Shown here piece by piece: positions 1-14,939 of a DNA stretch of 64,000 nucleotides (the stretch's first letter is position 1; each line of letters begins with the position of its first letter). The stretch is from Octopus sinensis. Lineage: Eukaryota. The notes beneath the pieces are model-generated. The model was not told the origin of the DNA. It worked only from the letters and a program-made list of their open reading frames with translations, and ran no database searches. The stretch spans positions 26,846,001-26,910,000 of the forward strand of contig NC_043010.1 in NCBI RefSeq assembly GCF_006345805.1, read 5' to 3'. The position numbers and the translations under genes were made by a program.

Positions 1-1744
1 CAAAAACAACAACTGTTGCCACATCAAGAGAAAGAGAAAGAGAATCAAAACGCTGTAGTGTAAATTGGCTAAAAGACAACGACAACAACAACAACAATAA
101 TAACAGGTGCAGCAACAGGAACTACAGAAATAGCAGCTGCAACAGCAACAATGACATGAACCAGAGAAAATCGCAGTAAATGGAATAATTAAAAAATACT
201 ACCATTTTGAAAATTGGTTATAAAACAGCAACTACAACAACAGCAACAACAACAATGGCTTACACAATAGCTACAACAAAGCTGTGGACTGATAGGATCA
301 GTACAATGAGGGACAAAATGCCTTGTGGTAATTAATTATGGCATCTTGTATGTCGAGTTTAAATCCCTCTCTGGTTAGTTCTGTGTTTCGTTCTTCCATG
401 GGTGGGGAGGTCAATGAAATAAGGTCCCAGTCAAGCACTGGGTGAGTTTATGAGTCTTGTAATACGACCGGGATATGAATGGAATTATATAATGAAAGGA
501 ACGACAGCTGTTTTACAATAATGGCTTTTTTTTTACAAACCGCAGATAACAACAACAACAGCAATAGCAATGATGGTAACGATTGGAATTGGAAATATAG
601 AATTAATAGAAAAGTTGCAATAATTGGATTGGATCGGTAACAATTAAGCTATAATCATTAATTTTTATTGACAAAGATGTATGGAGGAGGAGGAGAGGAG
701 GAGGAAGAGGAAGGGAAAGGAAGACAGGAAAATGGGAGAATGCAAAAATGGAAAAAAAAAGATAAAAGAATGAAGAAAACAGAGCAATAAGAAGAAAAAG
801 AATAAAAAAGATGGAAAAACGATGTGTTCGAGGAATAAGTTTAAAGAAAACACCAAATAATAATAATAAGGATAAATGAGAAAAAATAAAGCAGAAAAAT
901 CCAGCAAACAATTGAATATAGAAAAATAAAAATTTAAAAATCATAAAAAAAAAATAGAAAAAATAGACAATAGGAATTTCATGAACAATGATATAAACTA
1001 AAATTAGAATGATAAAAACGAATTAATTATATTTAGTAGGGTAGTAATTAGAGTGGCTGATTGATAGAATCAGTAATGTACCAGTTAAAACTTGAAGAAT
1101 CTAGTTACAGACCTTTATGTTTTGAGTTTTAATCTTTCTATGGTCAATATTGCATTTTGACCATTGCTGGGTCATTAGAATAAAGTACCAATGAAATGAA
1201 TTCCTGAGGTCAAATTAATGAACCAGACTCTCAACACACACACACGCACACATACACACACACACTCACACTGAAATTGTGGTCTTGTCCCTTATACCAG
1301 TGTTAGAACTCTGGATGGTAGATTGGCACAGTTGCTATATCATTGGCTGTTATTTCTTTACAGTTTTTCAATATTGTTTGTTTTCATTCTGAGTTCAAAT
1401 CCTGCTGTGGTCAACTTTGCTTTTCACCTTCTTATATTCAATAAAATATCATGTAATCACTTGACCGACCAGACTCTCAAATGTTGTTACACATCACTTC
1501 ACACAATGCGCTCTTGCATTGTTTTAACCTTAAAACGATGCCACTCCACTGGCTAGGCAAGCATGCCAACAATCCCCACTGACCAAAGGGGGACTGGAGC
1601 AATGCGAAATGAAGTGTTTTGCTCAAGAATACAATGCATTACCTGGTCTGGGAATCGAACCCGTGATCTAGTGATCGTGAATGCAACAGCCTAACCACTA
1701 GGTCACATGCCTTCACAAGTCAATAAAATATAGTATCTCATTTA

Positions 1745-2122
1745 CTCTTTTACTCTTCTACTTGTTTCAGTCATTTGACTGTGGCCATGTTGGAGCACCG
1801 CCTTTAGTCAAGCAAATCGACCCCAGGACTTATTCTATTGGTCTCTTTTGCCAAACCGCTAAGCTATGGGGACATAAACACACCAGCATCGGTTGTCAAG
1901 CTATGTTGGGGAGACAAACACAGACACACAAACATATACACACACACATATATATATATGACAGGCTTCTTTCAGTTTCTGTCTACCAAATCCACTCACA
2001 AGACTTTGGTTAGCCTGAGGCTATAGTAGAAGACACTTGCCCAAGGTGTCGTGCTGTGGGACTGAATCCGAAACCATGTGGTTGATAAGCAAGCTACTTT
2101 CCACACAGCCACTTCTACGCCT
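1745..2122 (-). mobile_element. SINE family S1
   Basis: Reverse-complement copy. Other copies lie at about 4013-4425(+), 9480-9895(-), 27352-27754(-), 28512-28942(-), 29650-30095(-), 33170-33615(-), 51866-52258(-), 55815-56262(-) and 60605-60930(+), with partials at 3412, 8104, 16728, 40430 and 54553. Confidence 0.85.
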
Positions 2123-4158
2123 ACATCAATTAAATACTGAGGAGAAAATGTTATTATTATTCTTCAAGTTCTCCATTTTAAAGTACACATCTAGCACTAA
2201 CTTTCCTATTTTCAACATTTTGTTCTTTTTTTTGTCCATAAATATATTAAACCTAGAAAATTACAATTCTGTAAGAGAAATTTAGATTTGCAATTAGGAT
2301 TGGGGTCAGTGTTAGGGTTTAAGGTAAAGGTTTAAGGTTATAGAGAGTCAACAGATGATACTTAGCAACCTAACAGCCTACAAGATAATTCATAGGAATA
2401 TTATGCTGTGATCTCTGAAACCTGATAGCTTTAGCTATGTATATCCCTTATTTTCATAGACACAATGGCAGCACAAATACTTTTTTATCTGCTAAGATAA
2501 AACATATTGTCCCACCTTCTAGTGAATATGTAAGCTAATTCTTTAACATAATCCAATACAGTTATTCTACAGCATTGTTGGCAGACGAGTATAAATACTA
2601 AAGTTTACTAGTGAGAGTTATGCAATCTCTGAAGATTTGACAATGTAATCTGCTTATAAGGTTTCCTTATGTAACTGACATTTTTCTCATCGTTAATGAA
2701 ATAGGCATAAGATGACATAATAAAACATTTTATAACAAATTCTCATTTTGCTTTCTATATGTATTCTTTGACCAATCCTGCTACAGAATTCAACCAAATA
2801 AAAAAATTCAGACTACAATAGTAGACCTCTTTGCAGTTTATCTTTTGGACATGCAGGAATTCACAGAGTTCTAAATACTGCTTCATTTGTTATGCAAAAA
2901 GGGCGATGAGTTGGCAGAATCATTAGCACACTGGGTAAAATGCTTAGTGGCATTTCATCTGTCATTATGTCCTGAGTTCAAATTCCACTGAGGTCAACTT
3001 TGCCTTTCATTCTTTCAGGATCAATAAAATAAGTACTAGTTGAATACTGGGGTCAATATAACCAACTTAACTACTCCCAGATAAGAGTATAAAAACAGCA
3101 CCTCTCTGCCAAGCCATGTTGAGCCAGTGTGACAGAGTAGGTTCACCAAACCAGTATGGTCTCAAGCTCAAATTCACAGCCTCCACATCAGACCATGGTT
3201 GGTGGAAAAAACATGCTGAAGCTTTTGTCCTGCAGTGGGCTAAACATAGGTAATCCAATCTAATCCAGTCATACATTTATACATTTTCATCCTTCCATCT
3301 TTAAATTACCTTGTCAAGTGTAAATGCTTATTTACATTGTTTTAAATCAATTCTACTCAAGAAAGATAACAAAAATATTTCTTTGTAACATAGTTATTTT
3401 TTAAATAGGTGTGGCCATGTGATAAGAAGCTTGCTTCCAACCACATGCTTCCAGGTTCAGCCTCACTGTGTGGGACCTTGGTTAAGTGTCTTCTACTATA
3501 GCCTTGGGCTGACCAAAGCCTTGTGAGTGGATTTGGTAGACGGAAACTGAAAAGAGCCCATCGTATACCATCATCATCATTATCATCATCGTTTAATGTC
3601 CGCTTTCCATGCTGGCATGGGTTGGACGGTTTGACTGAGGACTGGTGAGCAAGAAGGCTGCACCAGGCTTAATCTGATCTGGCAAAGTTTCTACAGCTGG
3701 ATGCCCTTCCTAATGCCAACAACTCCGAGAGTGTTAAAAGATTTTTTATGTGCTATCTGCGTGAGAGCCAGTCTGGTGGCACTGGCAATGACCTTGCTCG
3801 AACGTTGTTTTTCACATGCCACTGGCACATGTGCCGGTAAGGCGATGCTGGAACTGATCATGCTCGAATGGTGCTTTTCACGTGTCACCGGCATGGGAGC
3901 CAATCCGTGGCCCTGGCAACAATCACGTCCAGATGTGCTTTTAACGTTCCACTGGCACTAGTGCCAATCAGGTGGTACTGTGGAACGAGTGCCAATATTT
4001 ATATATATGTGCGTGTGTATGGTAGGAAGCTTGCTTCTCAACCACATGACTCCAGGTTCAGTCTTATTACATGGCATTGGGCTAGTGTCTTCTATAACCT
4101 TGGGCTGACCAAAGCATTTGTGAATGGATTTGGTAGACAGAAACTGAAAGAAGCCTTT

Positions 4159-4228
<70 letters not shown>

Positions 4229-6148
4229 ACTATGAATCTGTGTTTGTTCCCCACCACTGCTTGACAACAAGTGTTGGTGTGTTTAAGTCCCCTGTAACTT
4301 AGCTGTTCAGCAAAAGATATCGATAGAATAAGTATCAGGCTTAACAAAAAAATACAACCAAATTTCTTCACGGTATTGCCCCAGCATGGCCACAGTCAGT
4401 TGACTGAAATAAATAAAACAAACAAAAGAAATGTAAACTTGAAACTTTTATCAGTAGGTCTTTAAATAGCCATGATTTACACTTATGTATTTTGAATAGA
4501 ATTAGGAATATCTATTGCTGTGGTATCGTTTGGCCATATTACCATAATATTTTGAAGGGTGCAAGGCAGTGAGCTGGCAGAAACATTAGCATCGAGGGCG
4601 AAATTCTTAGTGGCATTCGTCTGTCTTTAGGTTCTGAGTTCAAATTCCATCGAGGTTGACTTTGCCTTTCATCTTTTCAGGGTCGATAAATTAAGCACCA
4701 GTTGCATACTGGGGTCGATCTAATTGCCTGGCCCCTCCTTCCCAAAATGTCAAGCCTTGTATCTAGTGTAGAAAAGAATATTTTGAATGGTGTCCTGAAT
4801 AGTGCCATAACTTTTGTTTTCAAAATACTCAGATAAAAATTCAGAAACATCTATATCTGATTCATTAAAAGACAAATCATTGTTACTTTGTCATTTTTTT
4901 TTTTTGTCTTTTACATTTTGTTTGTCTTCAAGTGTAAATCCATCCAAACTGGAATTGCTACTTGCTGAAGCCATATCAGCAATTGCAAAAGAAAAAAAAT
5001 CAATCTCCAATTCAAGTGTTTTAAAACATCATAGGCTATTGAAAATTTTGCAGTATTTAGAATCATGTTTGGGCAGAAATAGTTTTACATCACATTACCT
5101 CGAAGCTATGAAATTTTCATGATGTGATTGTTCATTGTTAGAATAATATTAGAAGTTAGGCATGAGGCCTGTTTGACCATAAAGTAGGACTGGATCTGGT
5201 TAGTTTAAATGCTGAAGGGTTGTAGTTAAATTACACGCTATGTGTATACATATCTATATACTAATAAAAGGGAACTTCAGTCTTGCTTGTTTGCAATGTT
5301 ACACAGCCAAATTGGTGCATAATGGGAAAATACTATGAATTAAGTTACCCCTAAAATGTTAATTTAAACAGAATAAAACAAGTTTTGTGTAAATCGGACC
5401 AGTATTTATTGAGATATCTGGGGTTTGTAGATATAAATACCCAAAACAGTGCATAATGGGAAAATGTTCCAAATATAACTTCATCCTGAAAGGGAAGACA
5501 CTCTAACTCTAACCTTTTGATTAAACACAGCGACTTTTTACAGTAAATGTTTCTATTTTCACTTTTGTTAAGCACAATATTTTAATCATTTAGAAATATT
5601 TTTTAAGTGAATGTGATTTCAAAAATGTCAGTTATTTATACACTAAGTATTTGTATTTTAGTTTTTTTTAAACAGACAATATTTTTATGTTTTTTTAAAT
5701 TATTTTCAAGTGAATACCATTACAAAAGTTTTTTTTGGCATATTTAAAAAATATTTTAAAGTCAAAATGCCTTTAAAAATATGGTAAATATTTCGTAAAG
5801 GACCTGTTTGTAACCTCGGTGTGAAATGAATTTTTTCCATAGGTTTTTTCGAGTGCATTCAACGTATCTCACCTCCAAAGATCTTGCTGCTATTTCTAGC
5901 ACGCCCTGCTACCACGTAAGATCTATTTGAGATGAAGGACCCAAATACCTGTTATGTGGTAGTAGGGCATGCAAGAAATAGCTGCCAACTTTTTCCTTTT
6001 CTGGGGAAAGAATCCACTTACACATGATTTCGATGTCACATTCATTGAAAGCTTGCAAAATAACCTGGACAAGAAAGAAAACCCACGAATCAAAACACCA
6101 TTGCTGGGAAACTCAGACTTTTCTGGTGACCCAACAGGTCACAGTTAA

Positions 6149-6227
<79 letters not shown>

Positions 6228-6800
6228 TATATATACATGAGGTGGGGCTGAAAAGTTCCTGGCTTTAAGGGTATCACGAAAGACCTGGTTGGAGGCGCAA
6301 TCTTCTGAGCTTGGAAAAACTGAAGAAACACTGCAATAAATGTGTGAATCTGAAAGGTAATAGCATCACCATTTAACATCTGTTATCCATCCTGGCATGG
6401 GATGGGCTGTTTGACCAGGGCTGGTAAAGTGAGGGGCTGCACCACACCAGACTCCAGTTTGATTTGGCATGGTCTCTACAGCTGGATGCCCTTCTTAATA
6501 CCAACCACTCCGAGAGTGTAGAGGGTGGTACTGGCAACAACCTCGCTCGAATATTTTACACATGCCACCGGCACAGGTGCCAGTAAGGTGTCTTTTATGC
6601 CAGTAAGGTGTCTTTTATGTGCCACCGGCACAGAGGCCAGATGGCTGCTCTGGCAACGATCACACTCAGATGGTGCCTTTTATGTGCCACTGGCACAGAA
6701 GCCAGTTAGCCGCTCTGTCAACAATCACACTCGTATGGTGCTCTTTGCACCCCACTAGCACGGACGCCAGTCATCGAATTTGATTTTGATATTGATTATG

Positions 6801-6852
<52 letters not shown>

Positions 6853-7044
6853 CATATAAACATATATAAGCATGCGTATATGTATATGTGAGTAGCTGGT
6901 GTTAGAAAGGGTACCTACTCATAGAAACAATGCCAAAAATGAGATATAGCAAAATGTGATCCTGTAACGTGCTAGTTCTTGTTGAACTGTCCACTTCATG
7001 CCAACATGGAAAACATATATAAAATGGAGATGAGGATGATGATG

Positions 7045-7076
<32 letters not shown>

Positions 7077-7218
7077 ATGTGCATATATCATCATCATCAT
7101 TGTTTAACACCCTCTTTCCATGCTGGGTTATAGGATCACATCTTGCTTCAGCATCTCATTTCTGGCATTGTTTCTATGACTAGATACCCTTCCTAACACC
7201 AATTACATCATTTCCTTG

Positions 7219-7258
<40 letters not shown>

Positions 7259-8056
7259 CTTTCATTCTCACAGACTCAGTTATATTGCACTACCTTGGCA
7301 GTGTTAAGGGTGAAACACAATTGTATTGACCTCCAAGAAAAGAGGGAAAAGGCTGAGTGAGAAGCCAGCAACTTCTTCTCATCTACCATATCACAAAATA
7401 AACACCCAAACACACAGGATAGGGTGGGGCATGGATGGACCAATGTGCTGTACAGCACGAGACAGTTAAAAATGCAACAACACACAAATGCAGCTAGACA
7501 TCTACAAGCACGTAATATATATGCAAACATTTGCATGATCATTCATCATTTACTTCTACTTATACAAATATTTGATGTTATCTAAACAAAGACACTTTTG
7601 TTGAAAGCTGTCTCTCACAGCTTTCAAAAACTGGACTGTTTTTAATATTACTAACTAGAACCTATACGTATGTTGCATGTGTGTGTGTGTATATATGTGT
7701 GTGCGTATGCATGTGTGTATATATGTGTACTTATATATATATATATATATAATATATATATATATCATCATCATCATTTAATGTCCGCTTTCCATGCTAG
7801 CATGGGTTATGAGGAGGAGACCCCTTTTGGTCATGAATGACCATGGAATTGCACTTATAAAGTTACCCTTCAAGGCATAAGTCCGGGCAAGGTTGTTTTT
7901 TTATGGAAGACCAGCAGTCGCCCATCCATACCAGCCTCCCCTCTCCACACAACCAGTGTTATCCAAGGGAAAGGCAAGGGGTCCAATACAGCTTAGCACC
8001 AGTGATGTCGCAACTCATTTCTGCAGACCGGTAAACGATGATGATGATGATGATAA

Positions 8057-8103
<47 letters not shown>

Positions 8104-8345
8104 CTTTTACTTGTTTCAGTCATTAGACTGTGGCCATTAGAATTCTACACTGCCTTGTAGAATTTTTAATTAAATGAAGAATTGACCCCAGTACTTTTTT
8201 TTTAAGCCTGATACTTATTCTGTTGGTCTTTTTTGCTGAACTGCAAAGTTATGGGGACATAAACACACCAACACCAGCCATCACGTGGTGATGGGGGGAC
8301 AAACTCAAGCACACGTACACATTATATACATATTTATATATATAT

Positions 8346-8409
<64 letters not shown>

Positions 8410-8447
8410 TGCATACACACACACACATGCATACACACACACACACA

Positions 8448-9440
8448 CATCATCATCATTTAGCGTCCACTTTCCATGCTAGCATGGGTTGGACGGTTCA
8501 ACTGGGGTTTGGGAAGCCAGAAGGCTGCACCAGGCCCAGTCCAATCTGGCAATGTTTCTACAGCTGGATACCCTTCCTAACGCCAACCACTCCGTGAGTG
8601 TAGTGGGTGCTTTTTACGTGCCACCGGCACAGGTGCCAGACAGGGCTGGCAAACGGCCACAATCGGATGGTGCTTTTTACATGCCACCGGCACAGAGGCC
8701 CGTCGGGGCGGCGCTGGTGATGACCACGTTCAGATGGTTCGCTTACGTGCCACCGGCACTGGTATCACAGCTACAATTTCCATTGATGTTGATCGATTTC
8801 AATTTTGATTCTGATTTCCACTTGCCTCAACCTGTCTTCACAAGTGGAGTTTTGTGTCCCAAGAAGGAAAAGTATGCATAAGTGGACTGGCTACATCCCT
8901 GGTAGAGGCCATGGGTTATGGTCTCACTTGTCCTGCCGGGTCTTCTCATACTTCCATAGGTCTCGGTCTGTAGCCATTTCCTCGGTGAGACCTAAAGTTC
9001 GGAGGTCGTGCTTCACCACCTCGTCCCAGGATTTCCTGGGTCTACCTCTTCCACAGGTTCCCGCAACTGCTAGGGTGTGGCACTTTTTCACACAACTATC
9101 TTCAGCCATTCTCGTCACATGACCATACCAGCGCAAACGTCTCTCTTACAGGTCTCTCAACTGATGCTTCTTAGGTCCAACTTTTCTCTCAAGGTACTTA
9201 CACTCTGTCGAGTATGAACACTGACATTACACATCCATCGGAGCATACTGGCTTCATTTCTTGTGAGCTTACGCATATCCTCAGCAGTCATGGCCCATGT
9301 TTCACTACCATGTAGCATGGCTGTTCATATACATGCATCATACAGTCTGCCTTTTACTCTGAGCGAGAGGCCTTTTGTCACCAGCAGAGGTAAGAGCTCT
9401 CTGAACTTTGCCCAGGCTATTCTTACTCTAGCAGTTACAC
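8448..9440 (-). mobile_element. RTE-clade LINE 3' fragment with long 3' UTR and (GAT)n tail
   Basis: LRWYGHVTRMAEDSCVKK..GRGRPRKSWDEVVKHDL..DRDLW, then hairpin-unit UTR and tail. Confidence 0.9.
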
Positions 9441-9893
9441 TATATATATACACACACACACACACACATATATATTTTACTCTTTTTCTTTTACTCTTTT
9501 ACTTGTTTCAGTCATTTGGCTGCGGCCATGCTGGAGCACCACCTTTAATCGAGCAACTCGACCCCGAGACTTATTCTTTTGTAAGCCCAGTACTTATTCT
9601 ATCGGTCTCTTTTGCCGAACTGCTAAGTAACGGGGACATAAACACACCAGCATCGGTTGTCAAGCAATGCTAGGGGGACAAACACAGACACACAAACATA
9701 TACACACACACTTATATATATATACATATATACGACGGGCTTCTTTCAGTTTCCATCTACCAAATCCACTCACAAGGCTTTGGTCGGCCCGAGGCTATAG
9801 TAGAAGACACTTGCCCAAGGTGCCACGCAGTGGGACTGAACCCGGAACCATATGGTTGGTAAGCAAGCTACTTACCACACAGCCACTCCTGCA

Positions 9894-9941
<48 letters not shown>

Positions 9942-10394
9942 GTCTTATTTGTGAATGAAAACAGAAAAATATCTGAATATTTTAACAATTTTTCAAGTGA
10001 ATCACATTCAGGAATGATATTTGTTTCTATTTTGGATGAGTGGTTATCTCTCTTAGATATGACTTTTGGGCAAACAGTCATGTTGGATGGGAAATTTGTT
10101 TGCATTATCTTATATTATATTGAGTGTATGTGATGTTCATATACTTGTGTGCTGAGGTAGTTCATCATGGGGGAATATTTTCCTCTGTGTGTGGAGTTTA
10201 TGTGTTTTGTATATTCAAATTTCATGTTCAGGAAAGGAGCTATCTTCGTGGGATTAGCAGCACAGGTGGGGTTCCTCTTTGAAGTGTTTAAGTGTGAAAT
10301 ATTGTCCATATATGCAGGGAGAGAAGATTTCATTCCTTATATTTAGGATGTTATCTGTTGCCTGTATTTAGGGTAAAGACCCCTTCACACATGA

Positions 10395-10710
10395 ATGGCT
10401 GTGGGATTACACTTAGAAAGTTCCCCTCTGAAGCACATGTCAAGCAAGGTTGTTTATAGTAGACCAGCAGTTGCCCATGCATACCAGCCTCTCCTCTCCA
10501 TGCTATTGATGTTATCCAAGGGAAAGGTAAAGGGGCCGATACAGCTTGGCACCAGTGATGTTGTGATTCATTTCTACAGCTGAGTGAACTGGAGCAATGT
10601 GAAATGAAATGTCTTGCTCAAGAACACAACACACAGCCTGGTCTGGGATTTGAACTCACTACTTCATGATCGTGATCCCGATGCTCTAACCACTGAGCCA
10701 TGTGCCTTCA
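10395..10710 (-). mobile_element. tRNA-derived SINE family S3
   Basis: Minus strand: ggctcagtggttagagc..gagttcaaatccc head and cttgagcaagacatttcatttcacattgctccag core. Partial copies at about 1555-1718 and 7830-8040. Confidence 0.75.
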
Positions 10711-11043
10711 TCGACCCCAGTATAGGGCTGGTAATTATTTCATTGACCCTGAAAGAATGAAAGACAGAGTTAACCTCAGCAACATATGAATTCAGAATGT
10801 AAAACTGGAAGAAATGCCTCTAAACATTTTGTCTTTTCTACTCTAGGCACAAGGCCCGAAATTTTGGGGGAGGTGGGCAGTCGATTAGATCAACCCCTGT
10901 ATGCAACTGATACTTAATTTATTGATGCCAAAGGACAAAAGGCAAAGTCAACCTCAGCAGAATTTGAACTCAGAACGTGAAAACAGATGAAATGTCACTG
11001 AGCATTTTGCCCAGCATGCTAACAGTTCTACCAGGTCACCAAC

Positions 11044-11044
<1 letters not shown>

Positions 11045-11137
<93 letters not shown>

Positions 11138-11517
11138 TAATAATGAGATTGATGCTTGGGTGTTAAGTGTCTTCCACAATAAGTTAACATCCATATACCA
11201 AAGCTTATAATTTGCAGGAAGATACCCTGTGAGACCTCTGACAACAGGTTGTTGTCCGTTCTCACTGAATCAACCAGAGCAAGCAAGATCAAGAGCTCTG
11301 AACAGTAAAATAATTTTTTTTTAAATAATAATAATAATAATAATTTCATTTATTTGACGCTAAATGATGATGATGATGATGATGATGACACAAGGGCGAA
11401 AGATGAGGGGGACAATACAGAGACAGACATAAAGTGTTGAGGTTTACATATAATAATGAAATGATAAATAAAAAAACAAAAAGTATACACCGTATACACT
11501 GGGAAAGAATGATGATG

Positions 11518-11561
<44 letters not shown>

Positions 11562-11600
11562 TAATAATAATAATAATGATGATGATGATGATGATGGTGC
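11045..11600. repeat. (AAT)n/(GAT)n microsatellite cluster
   Basis: Long pure triplet tracts. Confidence 0.95.
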
Positions 11601-13169
11601 AGTACCAGACAGTGGCTCTCATGGCTTCTGATCTTAACTGATTGGGAATGTTATCATGTACATTGTTTTGTCTTGGTATAAAAGATGAGCTACAGCAAAT
11701 ATTCTGCTCAATACCACAGATTTGCTTGTGAGTTGTTTGACCTTAACCAGTTGAGCATGTCCCTTAGTGGCTGACGATATGTGCAACTCTGATCCCGAGC
11801 AAATGTAATGGAGAGCATCATGTATTGAGAGGAACACATAGGGTTTGGATAATTCACATTTGGAAACATGGGTGCTTTGTTCATCAAAGAAACTTTATTC
11901 AGGAACCTTTTGAGCGGGGTGGGCTACTTAACCTGAAGAAAATTCTAACTGGGCCCCACCTGCAAGGTCATGCACTGTTTATTTTGATATAAGTTCACCA
12001 TGTCGTGCACATATGGTTGTGGGGTATGTACCTCATGTACCCTTATCAGACAGGTATTATATTTTACCCCCAGTGTCACTCTGATGGCCTGCGCTGTTCT
12101 CTCACTCAATAATAATGGACACAAAATGTTACATGAGACAAGCAAATACTCCCTATATATACTCCTATATATATACTCCTATATATATACTCCCTATATA
12201 TACTCCTATATATATACTCCTATATATGTACTCCCTAACACATTCTGGTGTGCCTTCACCATTCAATATTCAGCATTTCTCAGGTAGTGAACTGGCAGAA
12301 TTGTTAGCACGCTGGGCGAAATACTTAGCAGTATTTCTTCTGTCTTTACTTCTGAGTTCAGATTCCGCCAAGTTTGACTTTGCCTTTCATCCTTTCGGGG
12401 TTGATAAATTAAGTACCAGTTGTGTTCTGGGGTCGATCTAATCGACTGGCCCCAAATTTTCAGGCCTTGTGTCTAGAATAGGAAAGAATATTCAGCATTT
12501 CTCTATCAAATGTGATGTTTATCTGCTCACATTACTTTGAATTAATTGTGCATTGTCTTGTAGCATTGAGATTCCAATGATGCACTTGCACATTATAGGG
12601 TGGGTGTGAGAGACCAGATACGGCCAGTTTGAATGTAAAACTAGTGGAATGTTTGGGCTGGAATACAGATGGTTTGAATGCTAAAGTTTAAAAAGAAAAA
12701 CACTCCTCTACCACCACTACCGACATCTTTGTGAAGTGAGACTGGAATGAGATGAGAGGCAGGGAGAGAGGAGAGAGAAAGAGAGAGAGAGAGAAAGAGA
12801 GAGAGAGAAAGAGAGAGAGAGATGCATGCACCAGATGCCGCTTTTACAATATTTGACATGACCAACAACTCACTTTGACGAAACAAGAAAGAAACCAAAT
12901 TGTCTGCTGTAGTTTGGTCTCCAGGTAAAGAAAGAGGGCTTCATTAAGAATTGCAGGTCATGTCTTATTGACCTTTTCTGGCAGACCGTTTATTGAAAGT
13001 GTGTGTTTAAGTGTGTAAAGATACCAATTTAGTCTAGACTGTAATGATCCATCCTTGCCGTAAGCTGTTTACTGTCATTTCAATTCTTGATTATTCAAAG
13101 ATTTCTCCACCACCTACACCCACTCACGTCATTATCACCTGTCAAGTTCACCTTGGTCTCTTTGCTGTT

Positions 13170-13570
13170 TGATGTGGTGGCGATGGTGGTGGTGATGGTA
13201 GTGGTGATGGAGGCGATGGTGAAGTTGATAATGATGTGCAGGAAGGTGAAGAGGACAACGTTGATTACAATGACAAGGACAATGAGGAGGAGGAGGAGGG
13301 GGCAGCTGGTGGTGTGAGTAGTCATTGATGGTAATGGTGGTGGTGATGGTGTTGAGAACAATGATGATGTCAGTGATGATGATGGTGGAGGTGGTGGTGG
13401 TGGTGGTGGTGTGGGCTTGGTGGTAAAAGTGTCAGCAGTGGTGTTGACAATGATGATGATGATGGTGGTGATGATGATGATGTTGATAACTATGATATCA
13501 ATGGCAATGACCACAACGGTGACATCAATGATGATGAAGAGGGAGCGGAGGATGCTGGTGGTGACAAAGA
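13170..13570. repeat. (GGT/GAT)n low-complexity tract
   Basis: Degenerate triplet repeats. Similar tracts lie at 53170-53520 and 39455-39650. Confidence 0.9.
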
Positions 13571-13929
13571 CGATGAGGATTTCTGAAATAGTCACATGGC
13601 TACTCAGATGTTGTGGAGGAGTCTTGTCAGTTAAATCAACCCAGCTTTTTCCTGGTCCTGGAAGGATAAACGGCAGCAACAACAACAATAACTAACAGCT
13701 GTATGAATTTCTAAGATTGGGACAAGAACACAAATTGGCAGAAAATGGTTTATGGATTAAACAATATATTATATTATTTCTGGCTCTTTATATTCTAAGT
13801 TCAATCCCACTCAGGCCAGCTTTGCTTTCCAGTGCACATGCACAAATCAACTAATGCTTTGACTGCCAATTTCTATATCAGAACAAATGTTTTTCCATTT
13901 AGTTTAGAATGTTTGTGAGTGCTCATCAC

Positions 13930-14448
13930 TGAGGGGACTGAATTAGGTTGAGCACCGGTGTTTGAGGATCTGCCAAGAACATTCTGAGTAAGCTCTCGGG
14001 TGACCTGCTGTGCTCATTGGGTGACCTGCTGTGCTCATTGGGTGACCTGCTGTGCTTGAGGAGACCTATTGAGTCAAGTACATCAACATCAAAATAAAAA
14101 TCAAATGGAAATTGTAGTCGTGATACCTGTGCCGGTGGCACATAAAAAGCACCATCCAAATGTGGCCGTTGCCAGTGCTGTCTTGACTGGTGTCCATGCC
14201 AGAGGCATGTAAAAAGCACCAACCGACCGTGGCTGTTGCCAGCCTCCTCTGACCCCTGTGCCAGTGGCACGTAAAAAGCACCCACTATACTCACAGAGTG
14301 GTTGGTGTTAGGAAGGGCATCCAGCTGTAGAAATACTGCCTGATCAGACTGGAGCCTGGTGCAGCCTCCTGGCTTCCCAAATCCCGGTCGAACCGTCCAA
14401 CCCATGCTAGCATGGAAAGCGGATGTTAAACGATGATGATGATGATGA
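13930..14448 (+). mobile_element. RTE 3'-UTR-only copy
   Basis: Hairpin units, aggaagggcatccagctg and (GAT)n tail. Contains a 21-bp x3 tandem (gggtgacctgctgtgctcatt). Similar UTR-only copies lie at about 3570-3965(-), 6372-6790(-), 34135-34700(-), 40170-40375(+), 51450-51730(+), 52260-52445(-) and 62230-62465(+). Confidence 0.8.
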
Positions 14449-14939
14449 TATTTCTCATTCAGAAATTTTTTTGTGACAAAATATTATGGCTAGCTCCATT
14501 CTGCATTTGAATCATCATCATCATCATCACTATCATCATTATTATCATCTTCGTTTTAACGTCCACTTTTTCATGCTTGCAAAGGTCAGATTTTCTATGG
14601 ATTAGATGCCCATGCTGTCACCAGCCTTCACCTGTTTCCTAGCAAGGTAACATTTCCTCATGGCCAGACATGTTTTCCACAGAAGACTGGAAACAAGCAA
14701 CACCACCTGTTTGATGGTGATGCTCATTTACAACCATTATGTGATTTCGAGACAAGAGCACATACACCAATACGTGTGTGTGTGCACATGTATTCACATC
14801 CACAAGGCTTTGATTGGTTCAGTTTTACAGTTGTAAAAAAACTTGCCCAAGGTGCTGTGATAGTGAGATTGAACCTCAGACCAGATGGTTGAGAAGCATT
14901 CTTTTCAATCACACACCCACATCTGCACCTACAAGACAC

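Noticed and set aside
2459-2528. Plus-strand exon-like segment with good splice sites (HNGSTNTFLSAKIKHIVPPSSEY)
   Set aside because: It is phase-compatible with exon a but has no recognisable similarity or start codon in that frame, so it cannot be supported without RNA data.
5253-5520. Additional Helitron 5' end (TCTATATACTAATAAAAG)
   Set aside because: No matching hairpin-CTAG 3' end was found, so it is too degenerate to call.
9872-10333. About 150-codon minus-strand frame interrupted by one stop
   Set aside because: No recognisable motif or splice structure. Compatible with chance.
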